From: Candidatus Saccharimonadota bacterium
GTDB taxonomy: Bacteria > Patescibacteriota > Microgenomatia > UBA1406 > GWC2-37-13
Length of the DNA stretch: 32,000 bases
Direction of reading: 5' to 3'
Assembly (NCBI GenBank): GCA_001790095.1
Contig: MGBH01000001.1
Location: 810,001-842,000 of the forward strand
The translations under genes and the position numbers were made by a program. The notes beneath the pieces were generated by a model, which was not told the origin of the DNA, did not search any database, and saw only the letters and a program-made list of their open reading frames with translations. Every line of letters begins with the position of its first letter. Position 1 is the stretch's first letter. Positions 1 through 8,833 of the stretch are shown piece after piece.

Positions 1-212
1 ATCGTCGATCTTTCCCAAAAATCAACAATATATTCAAATATTTTTTTCTTTTCATTCGTTACATTTTCTCTTAAAAAAATTTTTATCAATTTATCAACAC
101 GTTCTTCCTTAGTACTACCTAAGAATCGATACAAATCCCCTCTTTTTTTAGGTGAACCAACAATAACGATTTTTTGAAGAAGCGATTGTCGTAGTTTTAA
201 CAGAAGATCCAT
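1..212 (-). CDS. Partial CDS (N-terminal ~70 codons, continues past left edge); hypothetical protein
   Basis: Own minus-strand translation from ATG at 212-210 gives MDLLLKLRQSLLQKIVIVGSPKKRGDLYRFLGSTKEERVDKLIKIFLRENVTNEKKKIFEYIVDFWERST.., with no stop before position 1. It is absent from the ORF track because it is open-ended. No family recognised. Confidence 0.35.
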   Translation of the reverse strand, partial: MDLLLKLRQSLLQKIVIVGSPKKRGDLYRFLGSTKEERVDKLIKIFLRENVTNEKKKIFEYIVDFWERST

Positions 213-237
213 ATATACTATACTGTACCATATTTCT

Positions 238-1344
238 ATGAGCCATTCTATTTACCAGCACATTCATACGCTCGTAAAAAACAAAATGGCGTTTGTTGAT
301 GTTGACGAGACTCTAACTGCATATCCCTGGGAAACAACAGAAAAAGATCTTCTTAGTGCAAATCTAACAAACAATGCAGTTAAGACGCTACAGAATAATG
401 GATATATGTGCACACTAATCACATCCCGCACTGCTGAAATGTGCATGAGCAATAAACAATATATATTGTCACAAAAGAATTACGGATTTATCCGACCACA
501 ACCACACGTGGGGATTAATACTCAAAATAAACACTTCTACATAAAACCCGAAGAATATTTCCCCTCAAGAATTCTTGATCTTCCTATTATTATATCTTCT
601 TCAGGAGCGCAAATTTCTGTTTTACAAAAAGATGGAGGATATGCAATAGATCATGATTTTTATCCGCCGGACTACCCCAATGCATCTACATGGAGAAAAG
701 AAACTATGCAATATTTATCAAGTCTGCATGTTCCCTTTACATATGCACGAATTGATTCGGAAGATGCATACAACAAGCATGAAACAGATATATTTCCTGC
801 AGATTACCGAATCCAGTTGTTATTCAAATCGAAAGAGGACATGATGTTGTTACAACATATTAAAAAAAGAGCAGACTTATTTATTATAAACGACAGCAAT
901 CCAGACAAAAAAATCTATACGACTTATTTGGCGCCGAAAAAAGGGAAAACTGAGGCTATAAATCATGTGTTAAATCATCTTCGAACCCTTACTAAAATCC
1001 TTGTTATTGGAGATAGCCTGCCTGATTTTGAAGCTGGAATACAAATATATCCGATATCAGACGTAAGCATTACTCTTCTATTGGTAGGAGGTTCGAGGCT
1101 AACTACGTTTTTGCTGGAGAAAGAAAAGAATGACTTTGCGGGTACAGACTTAACTAATTTCAAAAAAAATATGACATCCTTGAAGAGAGCTGGATACTAC
1201 CTATATACTGATCATAAAACAACCAACAAACGTCTGATTATCATTGGAGATGTGGCTTCACCTCAATCTATAGGACCAAAATGTATAGTTGAAATTCTTC
1301 AGGATAAAAGATATCATGTAAGTAGTACAACATTAACTTATTGA
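238..1344 (+). CDS. HAD-superfamily (IIB-like) phosphatase, candidate sugar-phosphate (trehalose-6-P) phosphatase partner of OtsA
   Basis: HAD motif I FVDVDETLT (DxDxT), motif II LITSRT, Lys motif APKKGKTEA, motif IV VIGDSLPDFEAG. It ends 9 nt before otsA. An alternative start at ATG 286 (MAFVDVDETL) would place motif I at the N-terminus. Confidence 0.6.
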   Translation: MSHSIYQHIHTLVKNKMAFVDVDETLTAYPWETTEKDLLSANLTNNAVKTLQNNGYMCTLITSRTAEMCMSNKQYILSQKNYGFIRPQPHVGINTQNKHFYIKPEEYFPSRILDLPIIISSSGAQISVLQKDGGYAIDHDFYPPDYPNASTWRKETMQYLSSLHVPFTYARIDSEDAYNKHETDIFPADYRIQLLFKSKEDMMLLQHIKKRADLFIINDSNPDKKIYTTYLAPKKGKTEAINHVLNHLRTLTKILVIGDSLPDFEAGIQIYPISDVSITLLLVGGSRLTTFLLEKEKNDFAGTDLTNFKKNMTSLKRAGYYLYTDHKTTNKRLIIIGDVASPQSIGPKCIVEILQDKRYHVSSTTLTY

Positions 1345-1353
1345 GTTAAGTAT

Positions 1354-2814
1354 ATGATAAGTAAAGAAAATTTTGAAAAATTCATAAAAAAAACGCTTAA
1401 AGATAGAAAATTTTTTATCGTTACTAATCGAGCTCCCTATATTCATACAAAAACCCAAGAGGGAATAAAAGTTACAACAAATGCCGGTGGCGTACACACC
1501 CTTCTTGATCTTGTAGCTCAAGCCTCAAATGCCATCTATGTTGCATACGGCTCAGGAAACGCTGACAAAACCGTTGTAGATAGTCACAACATGATACCCG
1601 TGCCTCCGAAAATCAAATCATATATATTGAAGCGGGTGTTTCTTTCGAAAAAAGAACTAGAAAATTATTATTATGGATTTTCAAACCAAACTCTTTGGCC
1701 TCTCTCACATGCAGTATTTGTAAAACCTGAGTTTCATACATCTTGGTGGGAATCATACCAGGAAGTGAATAGAAAATTTGCTGACTCAATTTTGGAAGAA
1801 ATTGGCAATAAAAAAGCTTTCGTCTGGGTGAATGATTATCACATGGCGCTTGTCCCAAAAATGTTAAAAGATTCGGGTAAAGATATTCGGGTAGGAATGT
1901 TTTGGCATATTCCCTGGGCAACATATGAAATCTTCCGCGTAAATCCTTGGGGGAAGGAAATCCTCATCGGCATGTTGGGATCAGATTTTATCGGTTTTCA
2001 TCGGGGTTATCAGGTCCAGAACTTTATCCAAAGCGTCCAGCGCATGGTTGAGGCAAAGATTGATTTTGATCAATCGCAAATCACCTATAAAAATCATATA
2101 ACAAAGGTTGAACCTCTTCCTGCCGGTATTGACTATCAGGAAATAATAGATATAAAAAAGAATGCTAAACTAAATTTAAAAAAACACCTAAATCGCGAAA
2201 TGGGAACAAAGATTGAATATCTAGCGGTTGGAGTAGATCGACTGGATTATACAAAAGGTCTTCTTGAGCGTTTTCATATGATTAACCGTTTTTTGGAAAA
2301 ATATCCGCAGTTTCAGGAAAAATTTATTTATTATGGCATCATGCCCTACTCTCGTACCCACATACCCGTATACCGTACCTACTCAAAGGCGGTTATTGAT
2401 CTATGCGAAAAAATTAACTGGAGATATTCCCATAATTATTGGACTCCAATACACCTGAATAATGAAGGCATGTCGCGTGATAAGGTAATCACCTATTATA
2501 AAAATGCAGACATGTGTCTTATTACTCCACTTGATGACGGCTTAAACCTTGTTGCAAAGGAGTGCGTATTGTCTTATGAAGAAGAGGTTGGTATGATAGT
2601 CCTTTCAAAATTTGCAGGTGCAGCAGATGACTTACGTCATTCGCTCTTAATCAATCCATATAATATCGAGCAAGGGGCTGATGCAATATATCAAGCGCTT
2701 ACCATGCCGGCAAAGGAAAAAAAAGAAAGAAATATGAAGATGCGCAACGATCTTAAATCAAAAAATATTTACAGTTGGGCAATCAAATTTATTGAAAAAA
2801 CTCTTTATGAATAA
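1354..2814 (+). CDS. otsA: Alpha,alpha-trehalose-phosphate synthase (GT20)
   Basis: 486 aa with GT20 hallmarks: NRAPY, LWPLSH, VWVNDYHMALVP, GMFWHIPWA, VGVDRLDYTKGL, TPLDDGLNLVAKE. Confidence 0.85.
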   Translation: MISKENFEKFIKKTLKDRKFFIVTNRAPYIHTKTQEGIKVTTNAGGVHTLLDLVAQASNAIYVAYGSGNADKTVVDSHNMIPVPPKIKSYILKRVFLSKKELENYYYGFSNQTLWPLSHAVFVKPEFHTSWWESYQEVNRKFADSILEEIGNKKAFVWVNDYHMALVPKMLKDSGKDIRVGMFWHIPWATYEIFRVNPWGKEILIGMLGSDFIGFHRGYQVQNFIQSVQRMVEAKIDFDQSQITYKNHITKVEPLPAGIDYQEIIDIKKNAKLNLKKHLNREMGTKIEYLAVGVDRLDYTKGLLERFHMINRFLEKYPQFQEKFIYYGIMPYSRTHIPVYRTYSKAVIDLCEKINWRYSHNYWTPIHLNNEGMSRDKVITYYKNADMCLITPLDDGLNLVAKECVLSYEEEVGMIVLSKFAGAADDLRHSLLINPYNIEQGADAIYQALTMPAKEKKERNMKMRNDLKSKNIYSWAIKFIEKTLYE

Positions 2815-2832
2815 AAAGATTAACTATCCTTG

Positions 2833-3372
2833 TTAGTTCAGTATTTTTGTTATCTTCTCAAATACTTGTTTCAAATTTAATGTATCAGTATCAATTATTA
2901 CCCATCCATCCTTGCTTTTTTTATCAAACCAAGAAATAAACTTTTTCATTAATATATCAGTCATTCCAAATTTATTACCAAGACCGCGTTTTTTAGCCTC
3001 ATCAAAACTCGCTGTGAGTAATATTTTATATTTATTAGACGTTTTGACTTTGTTAAATAAGACATTATACTTTTGTTCAAATTCTTCGGTATAAACTAAA
3101 TCACAGATAAAAACATTGTACCCCTCATTTAAGAATCTATATGCAATGTCACACGTACATTCAATTGCAATTGAATGTTGATGTAAACATATTTCCATAG
3201 TTCCTATTCCGTTTTCTACTTCAACTTCGCCGACATAACCATTTTGAATAAACCACTTTATTATATCTGTGTCGATATAAATACTTTTATTAAACTTTTT
3301 TGCAAGCTCTTTAACTAAGGTAGTTTTTCCTGTTGCAATAGAACCACTAATCAAAACAAGCTTGTTATCCAT
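2833..3372 (-). CDS. Small P-loop NTPase / kinase-like protein
   Basis: Walker A GSIATGKTT near the N-terminus. The ~180 aa size is typical of small nucleotide/sugar kinases. Substrate unknown. Confidence 0.6.
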   Translation of the reverse strand: MDNKLVLISGSIATGKTTLVKELAKKFNKSIYIDTDIIKWFIQNGYVGEVEVENGIGTMEICLHQHSIAIECTCDIAYRFLNEGYNVFICDLVYTEEFEQKYNVLFNKVKTSNKYKILLTASFDEAKKRGLGNKFGMTDILMKKFISWFDKKSKDGWVIIDTDTLNLKQVFEKITKILN

Positions 3373-3387
3373 ATAAGAATAAATAAA

Positions 3388-3416
3388 TTGATTACTTTAT
3401 ACTTTAATTATACAAT
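3388..3416 (+). promoter_or_regulatory. Sigma70-like promoter for the GT4 operon
   Basis: TTGATT (3388-3393), 17-nt spacer, TACAAT (3411-3416). ATG 3430 lies 13 nt downstream. The ORF-track TTG start at 3388 is the -35 hexamer itself. Confidence 0.4.
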
Positions 3417-3429
3417 AACGTATAAGCCT

Positions 3430-4605
3430 ATGAAATTACTATTTGTTAATCTTAGCGACTATTCAATCCCTCCTCCGAATAATATAATTCGTGCAGATAC
3501 CTATGTAAGCGTACCATTAGCCATGGAATTACAAAAAAGAGGTCATGAGGTTACATTTATATGTTCTCCTGGTTCAACAGTTGAAGTAGAAAAAATATTT
3601 ACGTCTCATAAACCGCTTGCGTCTATTATGTCTCTGGATAAGTTGATGGAAAAATCAAACATGGCCAAGGAAATTGAAATCACCTTTTGGTTGGATGTAT
3701 ATTACAAGCTTATAGAGTATTCGAAGAAGGAGAAATATGACATTATCCACTTCCATACAAATGTCCCTTTGTCTGAATTGACAGCAGTTGCTCAAATAGA
3801 TACGCCTTGTCTTTTTACTCTACATTCACTTCCGAAGTACCCAGAAATCCATGCTCTTTTTTTTAAAGAGTTTAACACACGGACTCAGAATTACTTTAAT
3901 TCAATATCAGACTACCAACAAAAAAAATTTCCCTATATTCCTTTTATTTCAACTGTCCATAACGGTATTTTAGCTCATACTTTTAGCTTTGACGAAACGG
4001 GTGGAACTCCTTTGTTGTTTGCTGGGCGCATTTCACCGGAAAAAGGAGTAAAAGACGCAATACAGACAGCAATCAATACTAAACATCAAATTATTGTCAC
4101 GGGAAATATCGATGCTGTTATTCAGGATACATATTTTTCAAAGGAAATCAGTCCATTAATGGATAAAAATAGATCCATAGTTAATTTCTTTAATCATACG
4201 GATAGATCAATGATATTCTCGTTTTATAAAAAAGGAAAAGCAATATTAATTCCTATTCAGTGGGACGAACCATTTGGATTGGTGATGACCGAATCAATGG
4301 CTTGTGGTACGCCGGTTATAGCTTATGCTCGCGGGTCGGTACCTGAAATAATAAAAGATGGTGAAACCGGTTTCATCGTAAACCCATCAGATGATGATAT
4401 CCGCGGGAACTGGATTGTTAAAAAAACAGGGTTTGAGGGACTATGTGAAGCTGTGGAACGCATTTATGCAATGCCTCAGGACAAATACTTAACCATGAGG
4501 AAAACATGTAGAAAACATGTAGAAAAAAATTTTACCGTGGAAGTAATGGTTGATACGTATGAGACGGTATATAAACAGATTATTAATGAAAATAAAAACA
4601 CATGA
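3430..4605 (+). CDS. GT4-family (GT-B) glycosyltransferase, paralog 1
   Basis: C-terminal signature EPFGLVMTESMACGTPVIAYARGSVPEIIKDGETGFIV. Start moved to ATG 3430 (MKLLFVNL) instead of TTG 3388. The stop overlaps the next start (ATGA). Confidence 0.85.
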   Translation: MKLLFVNLSDYSIPPPNNIIRADTYVSVPLAMELQKRGHEVTFICSPGSTVEVEKIFTSHKPLASIMSLDKLMEKSNMAKEIEITFWLDVYYKLIEYSKKEKYDIIHFHTNVPLSELTAVAQIDTPCLFTLHSLPKYPEIHALFFKEFNTRTQNYFNSISDYQQKKFPYIPFISTVHNGILAHTFSFDETGGTPLLFAGRISPEKGVKDAIQTAINTKHQIIVTGNIDAVIQDTYFSKEISPLMDKNRSIVNFFNHTDRSMIFSFYKKGKAILIPIQWDEPFGLVMTESMACGTPVIAYARGSVPEIIKDGETGFIVNPSDDDIRGNWIVKKTGFEGLCEAVERIYAMPQDKYLTMRKTCRKHVEKNFTVEVMVDTYETVYKQIINENKNT

Positions 4606-5657
4606 AAATACTCCAGATCGGACCCCTTTGGGAAAATATCCCACCTCCCAGATATGGAGGAACTGAACGAATTGTACATTATCTGACAGAGGGACTAGTT
4701 AAAAACGGACATGACGTAACTTTGTATGCATGCGGAACAACCGAAACTAAAGCAAAACTAGTCTCAGTCTATCCCCGCCCTCTTTTTAGAGATGGCATTC
4801 CCTGGTGGAACGTGATGTACCCCCTTTTGCATATAACGGATGCCTTTGAACATGAAAAAGACTTTGATATCATCCATATGCATCTAAATCAGGGAAGCGA
4901 TTTTATGGCCTTACCCTTGTGTCAAACATTCAAACACAAGATTGTTTTTACACTTCACTTTCCCTATGAATTCAACAAAACATGGAGGGGTAATACTGAG
5001 GTATTCAATAAATACAATGATATAAATTATATCTCCATCTCCAACTCCCAAAGACAAGGAAGCAATAATATAAATTGGGTTGATACCATATATAACGGTG
5101 TCGATATAAACCTATATACGTTTAATCCTGTTCCAAAAGATTATTTCCTTTGGCTGGGGAAATTTAATCCTGACAAAGGAACTCGCGAAGCAGTATTCGC
5201 CGCAAAAAAGGCAGGGGTTAAATTAATCGTAGCTGGAGCTGTTGATAAATTGGAGGGTGAAGATTATCAGTACTATTTAGATACGAAAAAATATATTGAT
5301 GGAAAAAGCATTCAGCTGATCGGTGAAGTTAGTGATAAAGAAAAAAATAAGCTATATGGAAATGCCATTGGTTTGTTAAACCCGATCCAATGGAATGAAC
5401 CATTTGGGTTGGTTATGGCCGAAGCCATGGCAACAGGTACTCCAGTTATTTCCTTTAAAAAAGGTGCTGCTCCTGAGATAATTGAAGATAATAAGAATGG
5501 TTTCTTAGTTAACACGATTGATGAGATGGCAAATCGTATTCACGAAATCCAAAAAATCAATCGAAGAGACTGTAGAAGAAGAATTGAAGATCATTTTACT
5601 GTGGAAAAAATGGTTCAAGGGTACGAAAAAATCTATACTAAAATAATAGCAAAATAA
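4602..5657 (+). CDS. GT4-family glycosyltransferase, paralog 2
   Basis: N-terminal PPRYGGTERIV...GHDVTLYA and C-terminal EPFGLVMAEAMATGTPVISFKKGAAPEIIEDNKNGFLV. Confidence 0.85.
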   Translation: MKILQIGPLWENIPPPRYGGTERIVHYLTEGLVKNGHDVTLYACGTTETKAKLVSVYPRPLFRDGIPWWNVMYPLLHITDAFEHEKDFDIIHMHLNQGSDFMALPLCQTFKHKIVFTLHFPYEFNKTWRGNTEVFNKYNDINYISISNSQRQGSNNINWVDTIYNGVDINLYTFNPVPKDYFLWLGKFNPDKGTREAVFAAKKAGVKLIVAGAVDKLEGEDYQYYLDTKKYIDGKSIQLIGEVSDKEKNKLYGNAIGLLNPIQWNEPFGLVMAEAMATGTPVISFKKGAAPEIIEDNKNGFLVNTIDEMANRIHEIQKINRRDCRRRIEDHFTVEKMVQGYEKIYTKIIAK

Positions 5658-5661
5658 TCTT

Positions 5662-6819
5662 ATGAAAAAAATACGTCTTGGCCTCATAAATTCAAACTAT
5701 ACTAAAATTGGTCCCTACACAAAAAAAGGTACAGAAATAGTTGTATATAACCTCATCCAAGAGTTACAAAAGAATAATAAAAAGAGTCTTCGTCTTACTT
5801 CATTTTCTTCAGGTAATTCATTATTGCCTGTTCCTACAGAAAGTGTTTCTTATTTTTCTTCAACTGAGGATAAACATATTGGTCATGCTCTCCATCATTT
5901 TTTTGAGATGTCTCTTATTTCAAAAGCAATATCTATGCAGAATAAGTTAGATCTATTTCATATTAACCTAGGTAATGGAGAATATATTCTCCCCTTTCTT
6001 CAATTTATACGCAAACCTGTTGTTATTACGATGCACGGCATGACAACTGAACCATTTCAGAAAAAACTATTCCCTATTTATAAAGAACAAAATTTTTATA
6101 AAGCTCGTTTTATTAGTATTAGTAATTTTCAACGAAAAGGACTCCCATATCTTACATATCTCCGCACTATCTACCATGGTATTAATACAAATAAATTTTC
6201 TTTTAATCCAATCGGAGGAAAGCAAATGATCTGGACTGGCAGGGCAATCCCTGAAAAAGGACTTGATGTAGTGCTGCAAATTGCAAAAAGAATGAAAAAA
6301 CCAACAAAAATTTTTCCCATTATAAAGAATGAGTACTTGGAATGGTTGCAAACTGAGGTACTAAAGAAAAGAGACACTATAAATCAAATAGTACGTATTA
6401 ATTTTGACTTTAATGTAACAAGATCTAATCTCGTTAAAGAATATCAAAGCAGCAAACTCTTTCTCTTCCCTCTCAAGTGGGAAGAACCATTTGGTCTTAC
6501 TCTCATTGAGAGTATGTCTTGTGGGACCCCAGTCGTAACATTTGCTAAGGGTTCGATACCAGAAATCATTAAAGATGGTGAGACTGGTTTTATTATTAAT
6601 CCTTCAGACGATGATATCAGAGGTAATTGGATTATTAAAAAAACAGGTATCGAGGGACTATGTGAGGCGGTAGAGCGGATCTATTCCATGCCTGAAGATA
6701 GATATAAAGAAATGAGGCAAGCCTGTCGAGTACATGTTGAGAATAACTTTACCATTGAACATATGGTTGACCAATATGTAGAGGTATATAAAGAAATACT
6801 CGCAAAAAAAACAACATGA
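5662..6819 (+). CDS. GT4-family glycosyltransferase, paralog 3
   Basis: EEPFGLTLIESMSCGTPVVTFAKGSIPEIIKDGETGFII. The last ~110 aa are about 70 percent identical by eye to paralog 1. Confidence 0.85.
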   Translation: MKKIRLGLINSNYTKIGPYTKKGTEIVVYNLIQELQKNNKKSLRLTSFSSGNSLLPVPTESVSYFSSTEDKHIGHALHHFFEMSLISKAISMQNKLDLFHINLGNGEYILPFLQFIRKPVVITMHGMTTEPFQKKLFPIYKEQNFYKARFISISNFQRKGLPYLTYLRTIYHGINTNKFSFNPIGGKQMIWTGRAIPEKGLDVVLQIAKRMKKPTKIFPIIKNEYLEWLQTEVLKKRDTINQIVRINFDFNVTRSNLVKEYQSSKLFLFPLKWEEPFGLTLIESMSCGTPVVTFAKGSIPEIIKDGETGFIINPSDDDIRGNWIIKKTGIEGLCEAVERIYSMPEDRYKEMRQACRVHVENNFTIEHMVDQYVEVYKEILAKKTT

Positions 6820-7076
6820 AAACTGTTAGGGATATCCTCAAAAACTTTAATCCTCTAGAGGACAAATACATTTCACGCGAATATCAGTCTTTTGGAGTGC
6901 ACCTATCAGAAAAATTGCAGGATGAGGCACGAAAAAGTCTATATATCAAGCTCGCCAAAACTATTCCCCGACCCGTACTTGAACAAGCTCTTCGATTTGT
7001 CGTGGATTCGCATGCAAGACGTAAGGGTGCGCTTTTTATGTGGAAGTTAAAAGAGCTTGGGGCGTTTAAGAAATAA
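6816..7076 (+). CDS. Small hypothetical protein (86 aa), translationally coupled to the GT operon
   Basis: ATGA overlap with the upstream stop. Basic helical sequence ending ..RRKGALFMWKLKELGAFKK. No family assigned. Confidence 0.5.
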   Translation: MKTVRDILKNFNPLEDKYISREYQSFGVHLSEKLQDEARKSLYIKLAKTIPRPVLEQALRFVVDSHARRKGALFMWKLKELGAFKK

Positions 7077-7095
7077 CTCCCAATTCACAATGATC

Positions 7096-7163
7096 AATTA
7101 TCAATCAAGTATCAATGATAATTGGTTCAATGAAAATTGATTGAAACTTGAAAATTGATAATT
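7096..7163. repeat. AT-rich long imperfect palindrome (copy A of a two-copy element); probable bidirectional terminator
   Basis: AATTATCAAT (7096-7105) is the exact reverse complement of ATTGATAATT (7154-7163). Inner pairs are CAAGT/ACTTG (7106-7110/7146-7150) and ATCAAT/ATTGAT (7111-7116/7136-7141). It sits between the convergent stops at 7076 and 7162. Confidence 0.5.
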
Positions 7164-8262
7164 AGAAGTATCCATATGCCCAGTATGAGACACTACCAAT
7201 CCCCTGTTCTTTCAAGTAATTAATTTTCACCGCTACTGATTCTTCATCTTCATACCAAATAACATGTTTTTGCCCCTCACCGTCTTCATATTCAATTTTC
7301 TTCTCTTTGGAATTTGGGATTTGTGATTTGTTTATGATTTGTATGGCGGAATTTGTTAATTTCTTAATTTGATTCACGGTAACAGCCTCTCCCCTTTTGA
7401 GCGGCGTTCCTTGATTGTTAAGAGTCCAGTCATACCCATACATCCCAAAAATAACGGTTATCCTTTCAGAGGGAACACTCGCTGTAAAGTCCTTTATCAT
7501 CTGCTTGAAGTCATACCCGTAGTCAGTTGATGTAAGGCTTTTACGATCAAAGGGAAAGTTTGGACCTGGTTCGCTATAGTTTTTGTGGAAGTCATACGCC
7601 ATGATCATAACCTCATCACTACTACCACCCATTGATTTGATATCAAAGGGACGTTTACGATAATAAGCATCACCATATACTATGGTTGATAATGTCTTGT
7701 TTGCTTTATGAAGCTCCGTATAATATGATTGAACAAATATATTGATTCTCTTTGTTAAGTCAGTGTCAAACAAATTGACTTGTTCCAAATCAAGAGCAAT
7801 GCCTGAAAAAGAGTACGTCTCTACAAGCTCCATAGAATCTCTCATTATTTGTTTTTGCAATACATTGTCTTCAAGTATGACTTTGTTTACTCCGGCATCA
7901 AGCATACGTAACACCAGTATGCATTTTTTATCGTTAGGACAGATCATACGCTCCAGATTCTGATAGCCTGCTTCATTTTCATCTATACCTTTTTTATGTA
8001 CCGCGATCCCAAAATAGTATATGGTATCAAAGGGAATAGTTGATATTTCATCTTGTCCAATCGCCCAATAAGGTACAAATATTGAGGTTTTTTGTTTAAG
8101 AATACTTTGTGCTGTTTTTTTTGTCGGCTCAGTCTTTCGTAGTATACTATTTTTTTCCTGGGAAACAGTTTTTGTATGTTTAATTTTTCCAACAAGATAA
8201 ACCGCAGTAATAAAAATAAGAATCATAAAGACAAGGGCTTTTTTCATACTATATTTTATCAT
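7162..8262 (-). CDS. GH18-family (chitinase-like / YaaH-like) glycoside hydrolase with N-terminal membrane anchor
   Basis: Hydrophobic N-terminus KKALVFMILIFITAVYLV. GH18-like catalytic strand FSGIALDLE (DxE retained), plus MIMAYDFH and a C-terminal SYWAYGY. Confidence 0.7.
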   Translation of the reverse strand: MIKYSMKKALVFMILIFITAVYLVGKIKHTKTVSQEKNSILRKTEPTKKTAQSILKQKTSIFVPYWAIGQDEISTIPFDTIYYFGIAVHKKGIDENEAGYQNLERMICPNDKKCILVLRMLDAGVNKVILEDNVLQKQIMRDSMELVETYSFSGIALDLEQVNLFDTDLTKRINIFVQSYYTELHKANKTLSTIVYGDAYYRKRPFDIKSMGGSSDEVMIMAYDFHKNYSEPGPNFPFDRKSLTSTDYGYDFKQMIKDFTASVPSERITVIFGMYGYDWTLNNQGTPLKRGEAVTVNQIKKLTNSAIQIINKSQIPNSKEKKIEYEDGEGQKHVIWYEDEESVAVKINYLKEQGIGSVSYWAYGYF

Positions 8263-8269
8263 CTACCCA

Positions 8270-8298
8270 TTGACAAAAAGCTTTCTTTCATCAATAAT
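8270..8298 (+). promoter_or_regulatory. Sigma70-like promoter for the glutaredoxin-like gene
   Basis: TTGACA (8270-8275), 17-nt spacer, AATAAT (8293-8298). ATG 8317 lies 18 nt downstream. Confidence 0.4.
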
Positions 8299-8316
8299 GA
8301 ATTATTCCCCCCATAT

Positions 8317-8808
8317 ATGAAAATAACTATTTATACCATTACAGACTGTCAGTTCTCCAAACAAGAAAAAGAATATCTTACCTCTCACCAACTCCCCTTT
8401 GATGAAAAGAATTTAGAGACAAACCGCGAATTTTTAACTGAGATGCTTGCAGTATCAAACAATTTTGCAGGTACACCGGTAACCAAAATAGATAAAGATG
8501 ATGGACAAATAGCAGTACTTCGGGGTTTTACCAAAGAAGAGTTTGACAAAGTTTTGGGATTAACACCACAAGCAGTACCCGAACCCGTCAAACCAGCCTC
8601 AGAACCAACACTGCCAACACCAACCCCACCTGCTGAACCCTCTGTACCACAAACACAGCCCACAGAACAACCCACACAACCTCAACAATCTCCTGATCCA
8701 ATGGCAAACGTGCTCAACAACCTTGCCCAACAGGCATCTGGAACCTCACCTTTACCTGCTACTCCTCCTGCTCCCGCTATGCCCAACATCCCGGATCCAA
8801 AACTGTAA
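8317..8808 (+). CDS. Glutaredoxin/NrdH-like thioredoxin-fold protein with Pro/Thr/Gln-rich C-terminal tail
   Basis: MKITIYTITDCQFSKQEKEYL...GTPVTKI...LRGFTKEEFDKVL fits a Grx fold with a CxxS site. The tail is PEPVKPASEPTLPTPTPPAEPSVPQTQPTEQPTQPQQ. The ORF-track start 8176 overlaps the divergent gene, so ATG 8317 is preferred. Confidence 0.6.
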   Translation: MKITIYTITDCQFSKQEKEYLTSHQLPFDEKNLETNREFLTEMLAVSNNFAGTPVTKIDKDDGQIAVLRGFTKEEFDKVLGLTPQAVPEPVKPASEPTLPTPTPPAEPSVPQTQPTEQPTQPQQSPDPMANVLNNLAQQASGTSPLPATPPAPAMPNIPDPKL

Positions 8809-8833
8809 CAATCATTTCAATCTCATAAGTTTT

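Noticed and set aside
7077-7161. The AT-rich hexamer arrays as a replication origin (DnaA boxes).
   Set aside because: The repeated unit is ATCAAT/ATTGAT. There is no TTATCCACA-like 9-mer and no dnaA/dnaN nearby. A palindromic terminator or REP-like element explains it better.
8176-8316. Long N-terminal extensions offered by the ORF track: 8176 for the Grx-like gene, 3388 for GT4-1, 19598 for the delta-60 gene and 31049 for the methyltransferase.
   Set aside because: They use TTG/GTG codons, overlap divergent genes or promoter hexamers, and add non-homologous residues. Downstream ATGs fit the domain boundaries and promoter/SD signals better.
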